Virus record (IMG/VR): IMGVR_UViG_3300047357_000359
Span: 1-64,000 of that record
Reading direction: 5' to 3' (one strand)
Length of the DNA: 64,000 nucleotides
Origin: a virus
The translations under genes and the position numbers were made by a program. Below the pieces are notes generated by a model, which was given only the letters and a program-made list of their open reading frames with translations, did not search any database and had not been told where the DNA came from. Of the stretch, positions 1 through 8,704 are shown in pieces (position 1 is the stretch's first letter; every line of letters starts with the position of its first letter).

Positions 1-159
1 ACCCCTCGGGGCCAGCTAAGTCATTGATATCATTGGAGAATTTCAGGCCGACACCATTAGAACTCTAAAGCCAGATCTGACCGACCAGATCACCCCTGAC
101 CACCACCGGTCACCTCGAGGCCATGAGATATCCAATCACAAAGAAGATGAGATTCTATA

Positions 160-263
160 TAGTGAGAACCGTAGTGACCAACGTAGTGAAGAGTCTAGTG
201 ATGCTTATAGTAGTGAGCCTTATATAGCTATAGTGAGGGGTAGTGACTATAGTAGTGTAGTGA
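160..263 (+). repeat. Cluster of TAGTG(A) short direct repeats in a non-coding region
   Basis: TAGTGA at 160, 172, 184, 196 (exact 12-bp period), 211, 231, 241, 258, plus TAGTG at 253; no credible ORF in 1-830. Confidence 0.8.
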
Positions 264-695
264 GCTCTTATAGTAGTATAGAGAGGGGTCAAGGTCCATA
301 CAGTATAGTAGAGTCAGAGTGAGGCCACGGAGTGGCCATTGTGGAATGTGGTTTAAATGGTTATGGCTGAGGCATTTCTGACTGCTCCCGAGGCCACCAT
401 AGGCACCATGGGTGTACGGTTTTGGCTCGATTTTACACGGTATTTCTAATTTTGCAAGAGTAGAATAATTTGATTGACTGAGGTGGCGACAGGCATAGTT
501 TGAATACTCTGACCTCTAATGGACAGTCATACCACTTCCATGCTTGTTCAGTGCCTCTACTATACGCTCAGCACGGTCTCTGTTGACTATAGACCCTATA
601 GCATAGTCTAGCATGGTGTCCCATATGTAGAGTAGGTCTGTGTCACTCTCAAAAATTGTGAATCTAGTCTGTTTCATTGTGCTAACCAATCTGCT

Positions 696-708
696 TACAG
701 CGGGGCCT
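696..708 (+). repeat. 13-bp motif TACAGCGGGGCCT, copy 1 of 3
   Basis: Identical copies at 696, 10455 and 11132, same orientation. Confidence 0.9.
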
Positions 709-958
709 AAGCCCTTCTTAGCTATATTTAGACGCTTATAACAGAGTCAGACGCTAGTTTGACTCTTCTACTATGTAATGGTTGACTCTACTATACCTTT
801 ATCACTATATGGATTATGGGTGTAAATGCTATTTTTCCTCGCTTGTGATAGAAGCTATGGCTGTTAAGGGTTTGATGTATTGAAGCCAATGACTAACATC
901 ATCACATGGATCGTCAACTCTGTATAGTGTAAAGAAGTCTAGATCTTTGTGATAGTCA

Positions 959-1282
959 TCAATTATCGTTGTCGGGGAAGCCATCTGTGTCGTTGTCAAT
1001 AACCAGCTTAGGGCGAAAGTGTCCACGGTCATCCGCTTCTCTTTGCTCCTTTATGGTAAGGGTAAGGTTTCCGTCCCCATCCTCTGACTCTTCTATGTTT
1101 ATGGTGTGATACTCTATGCCGAAGCGTTCTCCTAGTTCACGATTGAGGAGTCGTATATCATCCGCTGAATCGGCGTCCCACTGACAGTCGGCCAGTGTTT
1201 CACTGTTGTTTAAGACTGCTTCGATGAGTTGGCGTGTATCATCGTCTATGGTATAGCGAATGGGATCGTCTTTATCTCGCAT
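959..1282 (-). CDS. Acidic hypothetical protein
   Basis: ORF; start moved to MRDKDD, which has a GGAGG SD. Confidence 0.65.
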   Translation of the reverse strand: MRDKDDPIRYTIDDDTRQLIEAVLNNSETLADCQWDADSADDIRLLNRELGERFGIEYHTINIEESEDGDGNLTLTIKEQREADDRGHFRPKLVIDNDTDGFPDNDN

Positions 1283-1482
1283 GGTAGGTCCTCCTTGGGG
1301 CACCGGAATCAATAACGTGGTAATATGGTTCTGCATAGATGGGTCTGGCGACTTTTGGTGTAGAGAGCCTGCTCTCGGAACAAAAATCGCGACCGCTACC
1401 ACTTCGTGGCTCTAGCTTGTATGACCCTGTCGAAAAATTTGGCTTTCCGACCGTGGGCTCTAAATGGCTTTGTTGGGTGATC

Positions 1483-1974
1483 TTATAAACCTCTTATCTT
1501 GTCTAAATCGGGGGTAATCTTCTTTTTATTCTTAACAAAAGCATCTGGCTGATATCGTTCTGGCCATACGTCTTGTTCTGTTAGTTCTCTAAGACCAAAC
1601 TGAGTTTCAATCACAACAGGTACCACAGAGCTGGGATCTGGCTTAGGATTGTATCCTGTTCTTACTGCTAGACCATCATCTGCTTCACGTCTTAGGTCCA
1701 CAGTCTTTGCAATGTGTCTACCGTATTCGAGTGCTTCATCCATTGTGCTGAAGTGCTTGATTGTGACATCTGTACCTTTGGGTAGGTCTGGATTGTCCCA
1801 TTTAACTGTATAAGCATTGGTAGGTGCTTTGAGTCCGGTCTTTTGACCAAGGACCTGTGTTCTTCTAACTGCCATCTTTTCTTTCCACAGATGACTCAGC
1901 TTGGGTGTTTCCTTTTGAGTTCGTTTGTCTACTAGATTTCGTAGCTCTGGGTCAATTTGAGATAACTTCGCCAT
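1483..1974 (-). CDS. Hypothetical protein
   Basis: 163-aa ORF, AAGGAG SD, upstream ATAAATA motif. Confidence 0.75.
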   Translation of the reverse strand: MAKLSQIDPELRNLVDKRTQKETPKLSHLWKEKMAVRRTQVLGQKTGLKAPTNAYTVKWDNPDLPKGTDVTIKHFSTMDEALEYGRHIAKTVDLRREADDGLAVRTGYNPKPDPSSVVPVVIETQFGLRELTEQDVWPERYQPDAFVKNKKKITPDLDKIRGL

Positions 1975-2000
1975 AATATAGTCTCCTTGTTCTACTATAT

Positions 2001-2180
2001 TTATGACAGTTTGAGTCGCTCTACAGTTTCTTCTGGTAGGTATGCCCTTAGGTGTTTCTGCTCTATGTTTTTAAGCATCTCATCTATGGCTGTGAAATCG
2101 CCCTGTGCCACATCAACTTTGATCTGATCTATCACAGTATCTATGAGCCTTTGGTTAATCAATCCTAGTTTCATCGTCAT
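2001..2180 (-). CDS. Small hypothetical protein (59 aa, not in ORF track)
   Basis: MTMKLGLINQRLIDTVIDQIKVDVAQGDFTAIDEML...; fills the gap, GGGAG SD. Confidence 0.6.
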   Translation of the reverse strand: MTMKLGLINQRLIDTVIDQIKVDVAQGDFTAIDEMLKNIEQKHLRAYLPEETVERLKLS

Positions 2181-2258
2181 GCTCCCTTACACGAATTAAG
2201 ACATACATGACCAAGACTGATACAGGTATGCCCAAAAAGAAAAGACCTAGTAATTCCA

Positions 2259-2828
2259 TTAGGCCATTTCCTCTTCTTCTTGATCCATTTCATCAAACCA
2301 TTCTTCAAGTCCGAAGTCGCCCACTAGTTCATATAGGACCTTGTCTTCATTCCAGGTAGGATCTTTTCTAACTGTTTCTGATACATCATCATAATAAGCA
2401 TCGCCACCTTCTGAATCCCATACGCCGATAAAGTCCATACCTGATTCCCAATACTTGAGCTCTACATATAAACCGTCCATGTCGTCTGCGAGAGTTTGAA
2501 AAGCATTGATGGGTGGTGCCCAGGCAGAGTCTGCCCAACCTGTGATCTCACTAGTTCCGTCACCATTGTCCTTGTATTCTAATCCTTCGACATCCATGTC
2601 CCATTTAGTACCCCAGTTGTCTACTCTCCAGGCATACCAATTGTCATGTCCGTCTACGAGTGGTTGTGGTACACCTTCTTTGGGTGTAGGTGAAGTAGTG
2701 CCATCTAGTTCTTTTGGCATCGGTTTCATCGCTTGAAGAAAACCTACTTCATTTGCGTCATCCCACAGAGTCTTTACAGTTTCTGTTGAACCTTTGATAG
2801 TAATTGTATTATTGCACCAATTTGGCAT
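2259..2828 (-). CDS. DUF1281/YubB-like ferredoxin-fold phage protein
   Basis: MPNWCNN start, WYAWRVDNWGTKW and SAWAPP motifs. Confidence 0.7.
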   Translation of the reverse strand: MPNWCNNTITIKGSTETVKTLWDDANEVGFLQAMKPMPKELDGTTSPTPKEGVPQPLVDGHDNWYAWRVDNWGTKWDMDVEGLEYKDNGDGTSEITGWADSAWAPPINAFQTLADDMDGLYVELKYWESGMDFIGVWDSEGGDAYYDDVSETVRKDPTWNEDKVLYELVGDFGLEEWFDEMDQEEEEMA

Positions 2829-2867
2829 TTTGCCCTCCTAATTGTTCGTTGCCCTTATTGTTCTTAT

Positions 2868-2896
2868 AGTATATGATCATTCGTGCTAGAAGTCAA
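2868..2896 (-). promoter_or_regulatory. Early sigma70-type promoter
   Basis: TTGACT-N17-TATACT on minus strand. Confidence 0.8.
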
Positions 2897-2902
2897 CCCC
2901 TA

Positions 2903-3508
2903 TTAAAGCTCTACTTTCTCCAATCTTGCATGACATTCTGCTCTTGATTCTTCACTCAATTCATTGAAGTAATCCATTAAGATATTGTATCCCACTTCAT
3001 GCTTATTCTCGCTCTTGAAGCCTGTTTCAGAATCAACATTCCAAAGCCTAGCTCTTTTGACCACAGTCATTGCATCGACATTGTCGTAGTCTGTAGTATC
3101 AAACTCGACCTCGTCCTGCCAACGGTTCATGATTTGAAATAGGTATTCGTTGATATGATCGTAATCGTCACCAATCCAATCATACTCATTGTCCTCTATA
3201 TATTTTCTAAGATCTTCATCACTCATTCTCATAAGTTCTGCAAGTCTATGCTCGTCATTGATTTGGTATTCACCTTTGACGTCACTGAACTCTATGCAAT
3301 TATAGAATCTGTTTGACTCTTGGCCAAGTTCTAGTTGCTTTGGATTAGATGAATATGAATCACCTGGATCCATTTCAATAGTTGCTAAGATGTATCTGAT
3401 TCTCTGTTCATCTTGCTGATACCAGTCTTGATTGTTATAAGCATATTCGTCAATGTCTTCAACCTTGCTAACGAATGCCTTTTTAATTTGTTCTCTTGAT
3501 ATATTCAT
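2903..3508 (-). CDS. Acidic hypothetical protein
   Basis: 201-aa ORF with its own promoter and GAGGG SD. Confidence 0.75.
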   Translation of the reverse strand: MNISREQIKKAFVSKVEDIDEYAYNNQDWYQQDEQRIRYILATIEMDPGDSYSSNPKQLELGQESNRFYNCIEFSDVKGEYQINDEHRLAELMRMSDEDLRKYIEDNEYDWIGDDYDHINEYLFQIMNRWQDEVEFDTTDYDNVDAMTVVKRARLWNVDSETGFKSENKHEVGYNILMDYFNELSEESRAECHARLEKVEL

Positions 3509-3541
3509 ATTGCCCTCTATGTTTTTATTGTTATTATATAC

Positions 3542-3570
3542 AGTATAGCCTCAGACTGCCTCAAAGTCAA
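3542..3570 (-). promoter_or_regulatory. Early sigma70-type promoter
   Basis: TTGACT-N17-TATACT. Confidence 0.8.
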
Positions 3571-3579
3571 GCCTATGTC

Positions 3580-3900
3580 TTACCGAAAGTCCATCTCAGG
3601 TTGGCCAAAGATCTCAACAAAATCTAAGTTGATTTGGTGAATCTTCTTGATAATTTCTGTGATCTTATCAGCTGTCTGATAATGGATAACATCGTCACTA
3701 CCTTCTTCGCCGTAGTTAGGATGAACGCCAGGTAGTTGCACGAAATTACCATTTGCAAAGATCGCCACTTCATACAAGGGACCATTGCCTTTCATGTCTA
3801 CCACAGACAGTTCAAACTTACCTAATTCAAGTTGAGCTTGAACTCCTCCTTCTGCAACCGAGTGTGGTTCAAATTTCAAATCAGCAAATGAAGTTGCCAT
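3580..3900 (-). CDS. Hypothetical protein
   Basis: 106-aa ORF, AAGGAG SD. Confidence 0.75.
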   Translation of the reverse strand: MATSFADLKFEPHSVAEGGVQAQLELGKFELSVVDMKGNGPLYEVAIFANGNFVQLPGVHPNYGEEGSDDVIHYQTADKITEIIKKIHQINLDFVEIFGQPEMDFR

Positions 3901-3902
3901 TG

Positions 3903-4571
3903 TTATTCTCCTTCGTGTTCTAATAGACTATAACCTAGTTTGGTCATCAATGTGTCTGCCAAGTTAGGGTAGCGACTTACAATGTCCTCTACGAACTTGT
4001 CTTGTTCTTTTGCTGTCATGCGAGCCACTTGTTCACTTGTTTCACTTATTGAACTCGCATCACTTATCGTTGAGTTGGTTGGCAATGTGATACTACCTAC
4101 AGAACCGTCAATAACTTCCGGTGTCCAACCGTTAAACGCCCTTGAGTTTTTAGACGCCTTTACGACCTTCTTAGAGACCTTCTTAGCGGCCTTTTGCATG
4201 AAGTAGGGCTTGTTCCACTTGCCTATGTTGATATCTGTATAATGTGATCTGTGAAAATAGTCTGTCATCGCATCATCATCACAGAAATAGTTAGGACCTT
4301 TCATTGCGGCCAATAGTTCTGTAAGGAACTTCTCTGCCTTACCACTATAATGATTTTCGATGTGATATGTATTAACTTGAATATAACCATCATCACTTCC
4401 GCCTTGACCCCACGTACCAAACTCTTTGAAGTCAATTGCTCCGCTTTGAATTGTCACTACCAATGTTGAATGATGACGGATTGAAATAGAACCTTTCATA
4501 CCGTATTTAGAAAGCACCTTCTTAATCTCTGGTGCTAGTTTTTTCTTATCTTCTTGTGAAACGTATGCCAT
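3903..4571 (-). CDS. Conserved phage early hypothetical protein
   Basis: MAYVSQEDKKKLAP...HHSTLVV...DAMTDYF N-terminal domain resembling proteins of large myophages. Confidence 0.75.
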   Translation of the reverse strand: MAYVSQEDKKKLAPEIKKVLSKYGMKGSISIRHHSTLVVTIQSGAIDFKEFGTWGQGGSDDGYIQVNTYHIENHYSGKAEKFLTELLAAMKGPNYFCDDDAMTDYFHRSHYTDINIGKWNKPYFMQKAAKKVSKKVVKASKNSRAFNGWTPEVIDGSVGSITLPTNSTISDASSISETSEQVARMTAKEQDKFVEDIVSRYPNLADTLMTKLGYSLLEHEGE

Positions 4572-4590
4572 TTTGTGCCTCTCTGTTTAA

Positions 4591-4646
4591 TTGCCTAATT
4601 GCCTAACTGTTATATACAGTATAAGGTCATAGGGTCAGAAAGTCAA
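4591..4646 (-). promoter_or_regulatory. Early promoter with TTAGGCAA-repeat leader
   Basis: TTGACT-N17-TATACT (4618-4646); 39 bp at 4591-4629 identical to 9715-9753. Confidence 0.85.
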
Positions 4647-4791
4647 CCTTTTTCTTGCCGAAATATACCTTAGGGGAGTTGGCGCAAACGCCACCAACTC
4701 CTTGCTATTGAGCAACCTGACTCATTCCGTCCTTCACCTTCCTGTCGGTGTGGTTGCCGGTCAGCTATGCCGATAAATTACGGTAATGATA

Positions 4792-4881
4792 TGGCGGAAG
4801 TGGTAGGATTCGAACCCACGGTAGAGTCACCCCTACGACGGTTTAGTAAACCGCTCCTTTAAACCACTCAGGCACACTTCC
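4792..4881 (-). tRNA. tRNA-Ser, anticodon ACT (A34)
   Basis: Acceptor GGAAGTG/CACTTCC, G73, encoded CCA, long variable arm, TTCGAAT T-loop, anticodon arm GCGGT-TTACTAA-ACCGT. Confidence 0.9.
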
Positions 4882-4889
4882 TTATCATA

Positions 4890-5060
4890 TCAGTGAATGG
4901 TATCACCCACTGTTGGACAAGAGTATTCCATTACGGATACAATGTCCTTAATCTTTATAGAAGGATCTTGTTCTTCTAGGGTAAGACAAGCGTCTCTGAA
5001 ATCCATTGCATTGACTTCAATTTCTTCAGTCTCTGTTTCAAAGACAAATAATTTTACCAT
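4890..5060 (-). CDS. Small acidic hypothetical protein (56 aa, not in ORF track)
   Basis: MVKLFVFETETEEIEVNAMDFRDAC...; AAGGA SD. Confidence 0.6.
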   Translation of the reverse strand: MVKLFVFETETEEIEVNAMDFRDACLTLEEQDPSIKIKDIVSVMEYSCPTVGDTIH

Positions 5061-5071
5061 GTATTCTATCC

Positions 5072-5269
5072 TTATCTTACTTTGTGAGGTTTCTTCTTAT
5101 TCTTGTTCTTATTGAGCTTGATACCATTTTCTTCTCTATACATTTCACCTGTCATGCCTTCTGGTATCTTTTCGATCTTTCCGCCCTTGTCTAAGAACTC
5201 CTTCATTTTTTTGTTTAGGTATTCCTGTTTATCTAGTTGTTCCTGTGTTGGACTTGGTCCTAATGACAT
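5072..5269 (-). CDS. Small basic protein with SutA-like motif
   Basis: KMKEFLDKGGKIEKIP resembles the FLxxGGxVxxI RNAP-binding segment of SutA. Confidence 0.5.
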   Translation of the reverse strand: MSLGPSPTQEQLDKQEYLNKKMKEFLDKGGKIEKIPEGMTGEMYREENGIKLNKNKNKKKPHKVR

Positions 5270-5331
5270 ATATGCCTTTCTGTTTGTTTAATGTAGCCTA
5301 TACAGTATAGCCTAAACATCAGAAAGTCAAG

Positions 5332-5598
5332 TTATTCTTTTACCAATTCTGCTTCGTCAATATCCCAACATTGATCCCAAGGAACAATCATTTTTCTGTT
5401 TGATTCCTGATCGATAATTTCGAACAATCTCTTTTCAGAATCTCTAGTTTGGATAAGGCCAAATCCTTCGTACCAACCTGGTCCTTTTAATGGTACATCT
5501 GATAGCCCTGGTGGGCGACCGTGAATGTCTAACATCATCTCTGCCTTAAAATGACAGGCATATGATTGACCTGCTTTAATATCTTCTGGCTTAATCAT
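5332..5598 (-). CDS. Hypothetical protein
   Basis: 88-aa ORF, AGGAG SD. Confidence 0.7.
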   Translation of the reverse strand: MIKPEDIKAGQSYACHFKAEMMLDIHGRPPGLSDVPLKGPGWYEGFGLIQTRDSEKRLFEIIDQESNRKMIVPWDQCWDIDEAELVKE

Positions 5599-5776
5599 TC
5601 TTCATATCTCCTATGATTTTATTTATGATCCTCTCAGCATCAGGATAGGTAGACATGGACTCAACAATTCTATCAATAGCATCTAACTCTAGTGAATTAT
5701 AAATCTCACGACAGTTCATGCCCTGATACGGTTGAGTCCATGAATAGCTCATAGACCATTCAGCTTTCTTACTCAT
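5591..5776 (-). CDS. Hypothetical protein
   Basis: 61-aa ORF coupled to its neighbours. Confidence 0.6.
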   Translation of the reverse strand: MSKKAEWSMSYSWTQPYQGMNCREIYNSLELDAIDRIVESMSTYPDAERIINKIIGDMKND

Positions 5777-6211
5777 TTAGAAATCTCCTGGTGCGACTTG
5801 GACTGCTCTCAAGCCTCTACTTCTCCACATATCAACGACACTTGTTCTGTCATCAAATACCAATGTGGGGTTGTATCCTGCTTCAAGCATTGTATCAAGC
5901 ATTCCACTCTTAAGCTCGTAGTCAGGTCTGTAGTCGTTGTCGCTTCTAAGATAAAGCTCATTGAATACTAAACCTTGACCCATTAATTGTTTGAGAGTGA
6001 TTGCTCTTTGTGATTTGTTTCTTCCTGACGCAACCAAAATTCTGTTGCCGGCCTTTTGTAATGCAATGGCTACCGCAAAGACATCTAAGTTCGGAGTGTC
6101 TTCAGAAGTCAAATCACGGAACGAATTCCAATCCTTTGGTTTCTGTTCAACGAACTTTTTTCTATGCTCGATGTCCATTAAAGTGCCATCGATGTCAAAG
6201 ATGATATCCAT
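5777..6211 (-). CDS. HAD-family phosphatase, like the 3'-phosphatase domain of T4 polynucleotide kinase PseT
   Basis: FDIDGT, SGR, D.RPD...K and FDDR...V..WR..G motifs. Confidence 0.85.
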   Translation of the reverse strand: MDIIFDIDGTLMDIEHRKKFVEQKPKDWNSFRDLTSEDTPNLDVFAVAIALQKAGNRILVASGRNKSQRAITLKQLMGQGLVFNELYLRSDNDYRPDYELKSGMLDTMLEAGYNPTLVFDDRTSVVDMWRSRGLRAVQVAPGDF

Positions 6212-6221
6212 ACTCTTGCCT

Positions 6222-6368
6222 CTATTTTTCTGTTAGTTCTTGCACCACGGTTGCACCCTTGTTGACGCCTTCTTTGAGCATCTCAGTTGCACCATCTATG
6301 TCACCTGGGTTCATATAAAGATATGCACCTACGGCTCCAATTGCTATAAACATAATAGCCTTGAACAT
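6222..6368 (-). CDS. Small membrane-anchored protein (48 aa, not in ORF track)
   Basis: MFKAIMFIAIGAVGAYLYMNPG...; AGGAGG SD; promoter at 6406-6434. Confidence 0.65.
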   Translation of the reverse strand: MFKAIMFIAIGAVGAYLYMNPGDIDGATEMLKEGVNKGATVVQELTEK

Positions 6369-6405
6369 ATTTGCCTCCTAATTAAGTTTGCCTCATTACT
6401 CTTAC

Positions 6406-6434
6406 AGTATAAGGCCAGACGTATCAAAAGTCAA
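6406..6434 (-). promoter_or_regulatory. Early sigma70-type promoter
   Basis: TTGACT-N17-TATACT. Confidence 0.8.
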
Positions 6435-6435
6435 C

Positions 6436-6615
6436 CTATTTTGGTGAAGTTTTCTTGGCAGGGACCTTCTTCTTTTTAGGTCTACGACCCCAGGTATAGA
6501 AATTGATATTCTCTGGGTCTGTTCTTTGACATGGTGGGCAGACGGTGACCTCGTTCTTTTTAAGCCATTCGTCCATTAGTTGTCGATCGCTATCGGTTGT
6601 GGTATCTCTACTCAA
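6436..6615 (-). CDS. Small basic hypothetical protein
   Basis: TTG start after AAGGAG gives MSRDTTTDSDRQLMDEWLKKNEVTVCPP... Confidence 0.55.
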   Translation of the reverse strand: MSRDTTTDSDRQLMDEWLKKNEVTVCPPCQRTDPENINFYTWGRRPKKKKVPAKKTSPK

Positions 6616-6841
6616 ATCTGTTTCTCCTTCCGAGTATTTTAAGTCTACAGCCTTTGCGATTCCATGTGACCCAAGTGGTGGGTAGAAATCTATATAAGAT
6701 TGGCCATGGCCGGCTAATTCCGTCACTCCATACCGTAGTTCGGTGTTTACCTTTTCCTATCCATGAAAGTCCTACACAGGCCGGATAATTCCAAGTCAAT
6801 TGAATCTCCAGATCAGGTATTCCGTTCCTTTCATTAGGCAT
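6608..6841 (-). CDS. Trp-rich hypothetical protein
   Basis: 77-aa ORF overlapping the next start. Confidence 0.5.
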   Translation of the reverse strand: MPNERNGIPDLEIQLTWNYPACVGLSWIGKGKHRTTVWSDGISRPWPILYRFLPTTWVTWNRKGCRLKILGRRNRFE

Positions 6842-6935
6842 AGATATTTACTTCTTTCTATCTGGTGGGTCTTCGTTGTCCCACATCAGCATCATTCCAA
6901 TAGGCAGAAGCAAAATGCCTATGACTATAAGAATA

Positions 6936-7223
6936 CTACCGAGCATCATATATCCTATGATTCTTGATGAACCATTTTTCTAAGACAGGCAAACCAAATT
7001 CATCTTCGTCTACCACAATCGTTGCGACTGTCTTGATCACATTAGCAAAACGCCAACCTGTCATACCGCAGACATCTTTGCCACCTACCCATACCTTGTG
7101 AGGAAAGTCTTCGCCTAGGTGATTGTTCAAAGGCTCATCGTTGAGGCTATATTCAAAAACATTGCCTACTGACTTTTCAGTGAATGCTCCTATTGGATCT
7201 TTGGTATAGGTATAGTATGCCAT
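6936..7223 (-). CDS. Hypothetical protein
   Basis: Start MAYYTY after AAGGAGAGG; promoter at 7254-7282. Confidence 0.7.
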   Translation of the reverse strand: MAYYTYTKDPIGAFTEKSVGNVFEYSLNDEPLNNHLGEDFPHKVWVGGKDVCGMTGWRFANVIKTVATIVVDEDEFGLPVLEKWFIKNHRIYDAR

Positions 7224-7253
7224 TTGCCTCTCCTTGTGCCTCATTATTCTCTT

Positions 7254-7282
7254 AGTATAAGGTCAGACCTTGAGTATGTCAA
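7254..7282 (-). promoter_or_regulatory. Early sigma70-type promoter
   Basis: TTGACA-N17-TATACT; spacer contains the palindrome AGGTC-A-GACCT. Confidence 0.8.
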
Positions 7283-7297
7283 CCTTTAATTTATTTC

Positions 7298-7729
7298 TTA
7301 CGCCGCGAACGCTTCGAAGAGCTCTTTGACGTGTCGGCAATTGCCACGAAATTGATGGCCTGGACAAGAGCAGGATGATCTCCCACTCCTTTCGACTTCA
7401 ACTTCATATAGTGTTCCTGTCGAACCTTTAACAGTTCTTTTAAGGACTTCACCGTCACTTCCGGCTTGAAGCGATTGCTCTGACGATTTGGATCTTTCCA
7501 CCCCATCTATCTCTACAATCCTTTCTAGTTGAACGACCCGCATTGGAAAATGGGGTTGATCAGTTGTTAGGCCCACCTCATTAGGTTTGAACCACTTCTC
7601 GTATCGAACTTCGCCTTCATAGAAATTGAACTCGTTTGATACAGAACTGACTCCGGGGGCATACCTATCACGGTAAGGATACATACCATTCTTAACTTTA
7701 ATCCTTACCCATTGACCATGCTTCAGCAT
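7298..7729 (-). CDS. SWIM zinc-finger protein
   Basis: C-terminal Y.V...CSCPGHQFRGNCRH. Confidence 0.8.
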   Translation of the reverse strand: MLKHGQWVRIKVKNGMYPYRDRYAPGVSSVSNEFNFYEGEVRYEKWFKPNEVGLTTDQPHFPMRVVQLERIVEIDGVERSKSSEQSLQAGSDGEVLKRTVKGSTGTLYEVEVERSGRSSCSCPGHQFRGNCRHVKELFEAFAA

Positions 7730-7929
7730 AGAAAATTCACCGGTTGTCTTTTAATATTTGAAAAAATTGCTTTGACTCTTGCATTGTACCTTTCTTCAGT
7801 CATTGCTAAATTACGAGCCTTCTGTTCCCACATTGCTCGAGTAAGCTCGTCGAGTTGTGGATTAGTATCGAGCAACCTCTTAATGGAGGCCGCCCTTTGA
7901 TACTGTTTCTCTTCGGAGTAAGGTCCCAT
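7723..7929 (-). CDS. Hypothetical protein
   Basis: Start MGPYSEE overlaps the upstream stop. Confidence 0.6.
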   Translation of the reverse strand: MGPYSEEKQYQRAASIKRLLDTNPQLDELTRAMWEQKARNLAMTEERYNARVKAIFSNIKRQPVNFLC

Positions 7930-8219
7930 TAAGCACCTATTCCTAATTTTGTAAGATGGTTTCCTGGTACTCTCCATTGCCCTTTAGCACCACAATCAAC
8001 TGTGACATATTTCTGAGCAATTTTCTTAACCTTGCCTGAAACATCAACACCACGTTTACCTGTGAAAGAAACAATGTCGCCAACCATAAATGATCGGACC
8101 GCCTGTTTGGTAAGGTGTGTTCTTTTGAGTTTGATTGCTTCGATAACTTCATTCAATTGATCGTTATCCATTTGGTAGATTAATTCACTTGCCTTGGTTA
8201 CTAGATTTGCCATTTTCAT
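7929..8219 (-). CDS. Hypothetical protein with SH3/KOW-like C-terminus
   Basis: F.VGD.V.F...G...G.V.K...K...V...WRV pattern. Confidence 0.65.
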   Translation of the reverse strand: MKMANLVTKASELIYQMDNDQLNEVIEAIKLKRTHLTKQAVRSFMVGDIVSFTGKRGVDVSGKVKKIAQKYVTVDCGAKGQWRVPGNHLTKLGIGA

Positions 8220-8253
8220 TTTTCCCTCTGGTTATTGCCTAATTGTTATATAC

Positions 8254-8282
8254 AGTATAAGGTCAAAAGACCTAAAAGTCAA
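8254..8282 (-). promoter_or_regulatory. Early sigma70-type promoter
   Basis: TTGACT-N17-TATACT; spacer contains AGGTC-AAAA-GACCT. Confidence 0.8.
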
Positions 8283-8285
8283 CCC

Positions 8286-8516
8286 CTAATTTTTGATAGC
8301 GGTTTCCTTGTTTTCCAATTCTATTTCAAAAGATTGGAGTTTTTCAAACATTTTGAAGAAGTTCAATACCATTGTTTCTTGTTGAGTTTCACCAGCCGGT
8401 ATACACATGGCGGTTTCATCTTGCTTCTTTACTTCGACCAATGCCAAATTACATATAGCTTCGTTGTCGTAGGTAATTGGGCTATTCAACATCAATGTGA
8501 TTAAAATATATTTCAT
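8286..8516 (-). CDS. Small hypothetical protein with signal-like N-terminus and a Cys pair
   Basis: 76-aa ORF, GAGAGG SD. Confidence 0.65.
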   Translation of the reverse strand: MKYILITLMLNSPITYDNEAICNLALVEVKKQDETAMCIPAGETQQETMVLNFFKMFEKLQSFEIELENKETAIKN

Positions 8517-8704
8517 TATTCCTCTCCGTGTTTTAGAATTTCCTCATCTCCATTTGGTAAACGTCTTGAACGAAGATATCCATTCTTGATTAAATTATCA
8601 ATGGTTCTTGCAACGACTTTCTTATTGGCCATTTCAAAACCAAAGTAGATACCTACTACCGTTCCTAGGCAGTAGGTTCCAAATATCCAAACTTCTATCA
8701 TCAT
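8516..8704 (-). CDS. Small membrane protein
   Basis: N-terminal hydrophobic helix. Confidence 0.65.
   Translation of the reverse strand: MMIEVWIFGTYCLGTVVGIYFGFEMANKKVVARTIDNLIKNGYLRSRRLPNGDEEILKHGEE

Noticed and set aside
160-263. TAGTGA repeats as a CRISPR array
   Set aside because: The repeat unit is only 5-6 bp with irregular short gaps, there is no 25-40 bp repeat/spacer structure and no cas operon; the Cas4-like nuclease at 41023 is a common stand-alone phage gene.
829-1032. 67-aa minus-strand ORF
   Set aside because: It overlaps 959-1282 out of frame and has no clear SD; not enough support to call.
4607-4620. LexA/SOS box in the early promoters (CTGTTATATACAG)
   Set aside because: The spacing is CTGT-N5-ACAG rather than N8, and alphaproteobacterial LexA uses a different direct-repeat motif.
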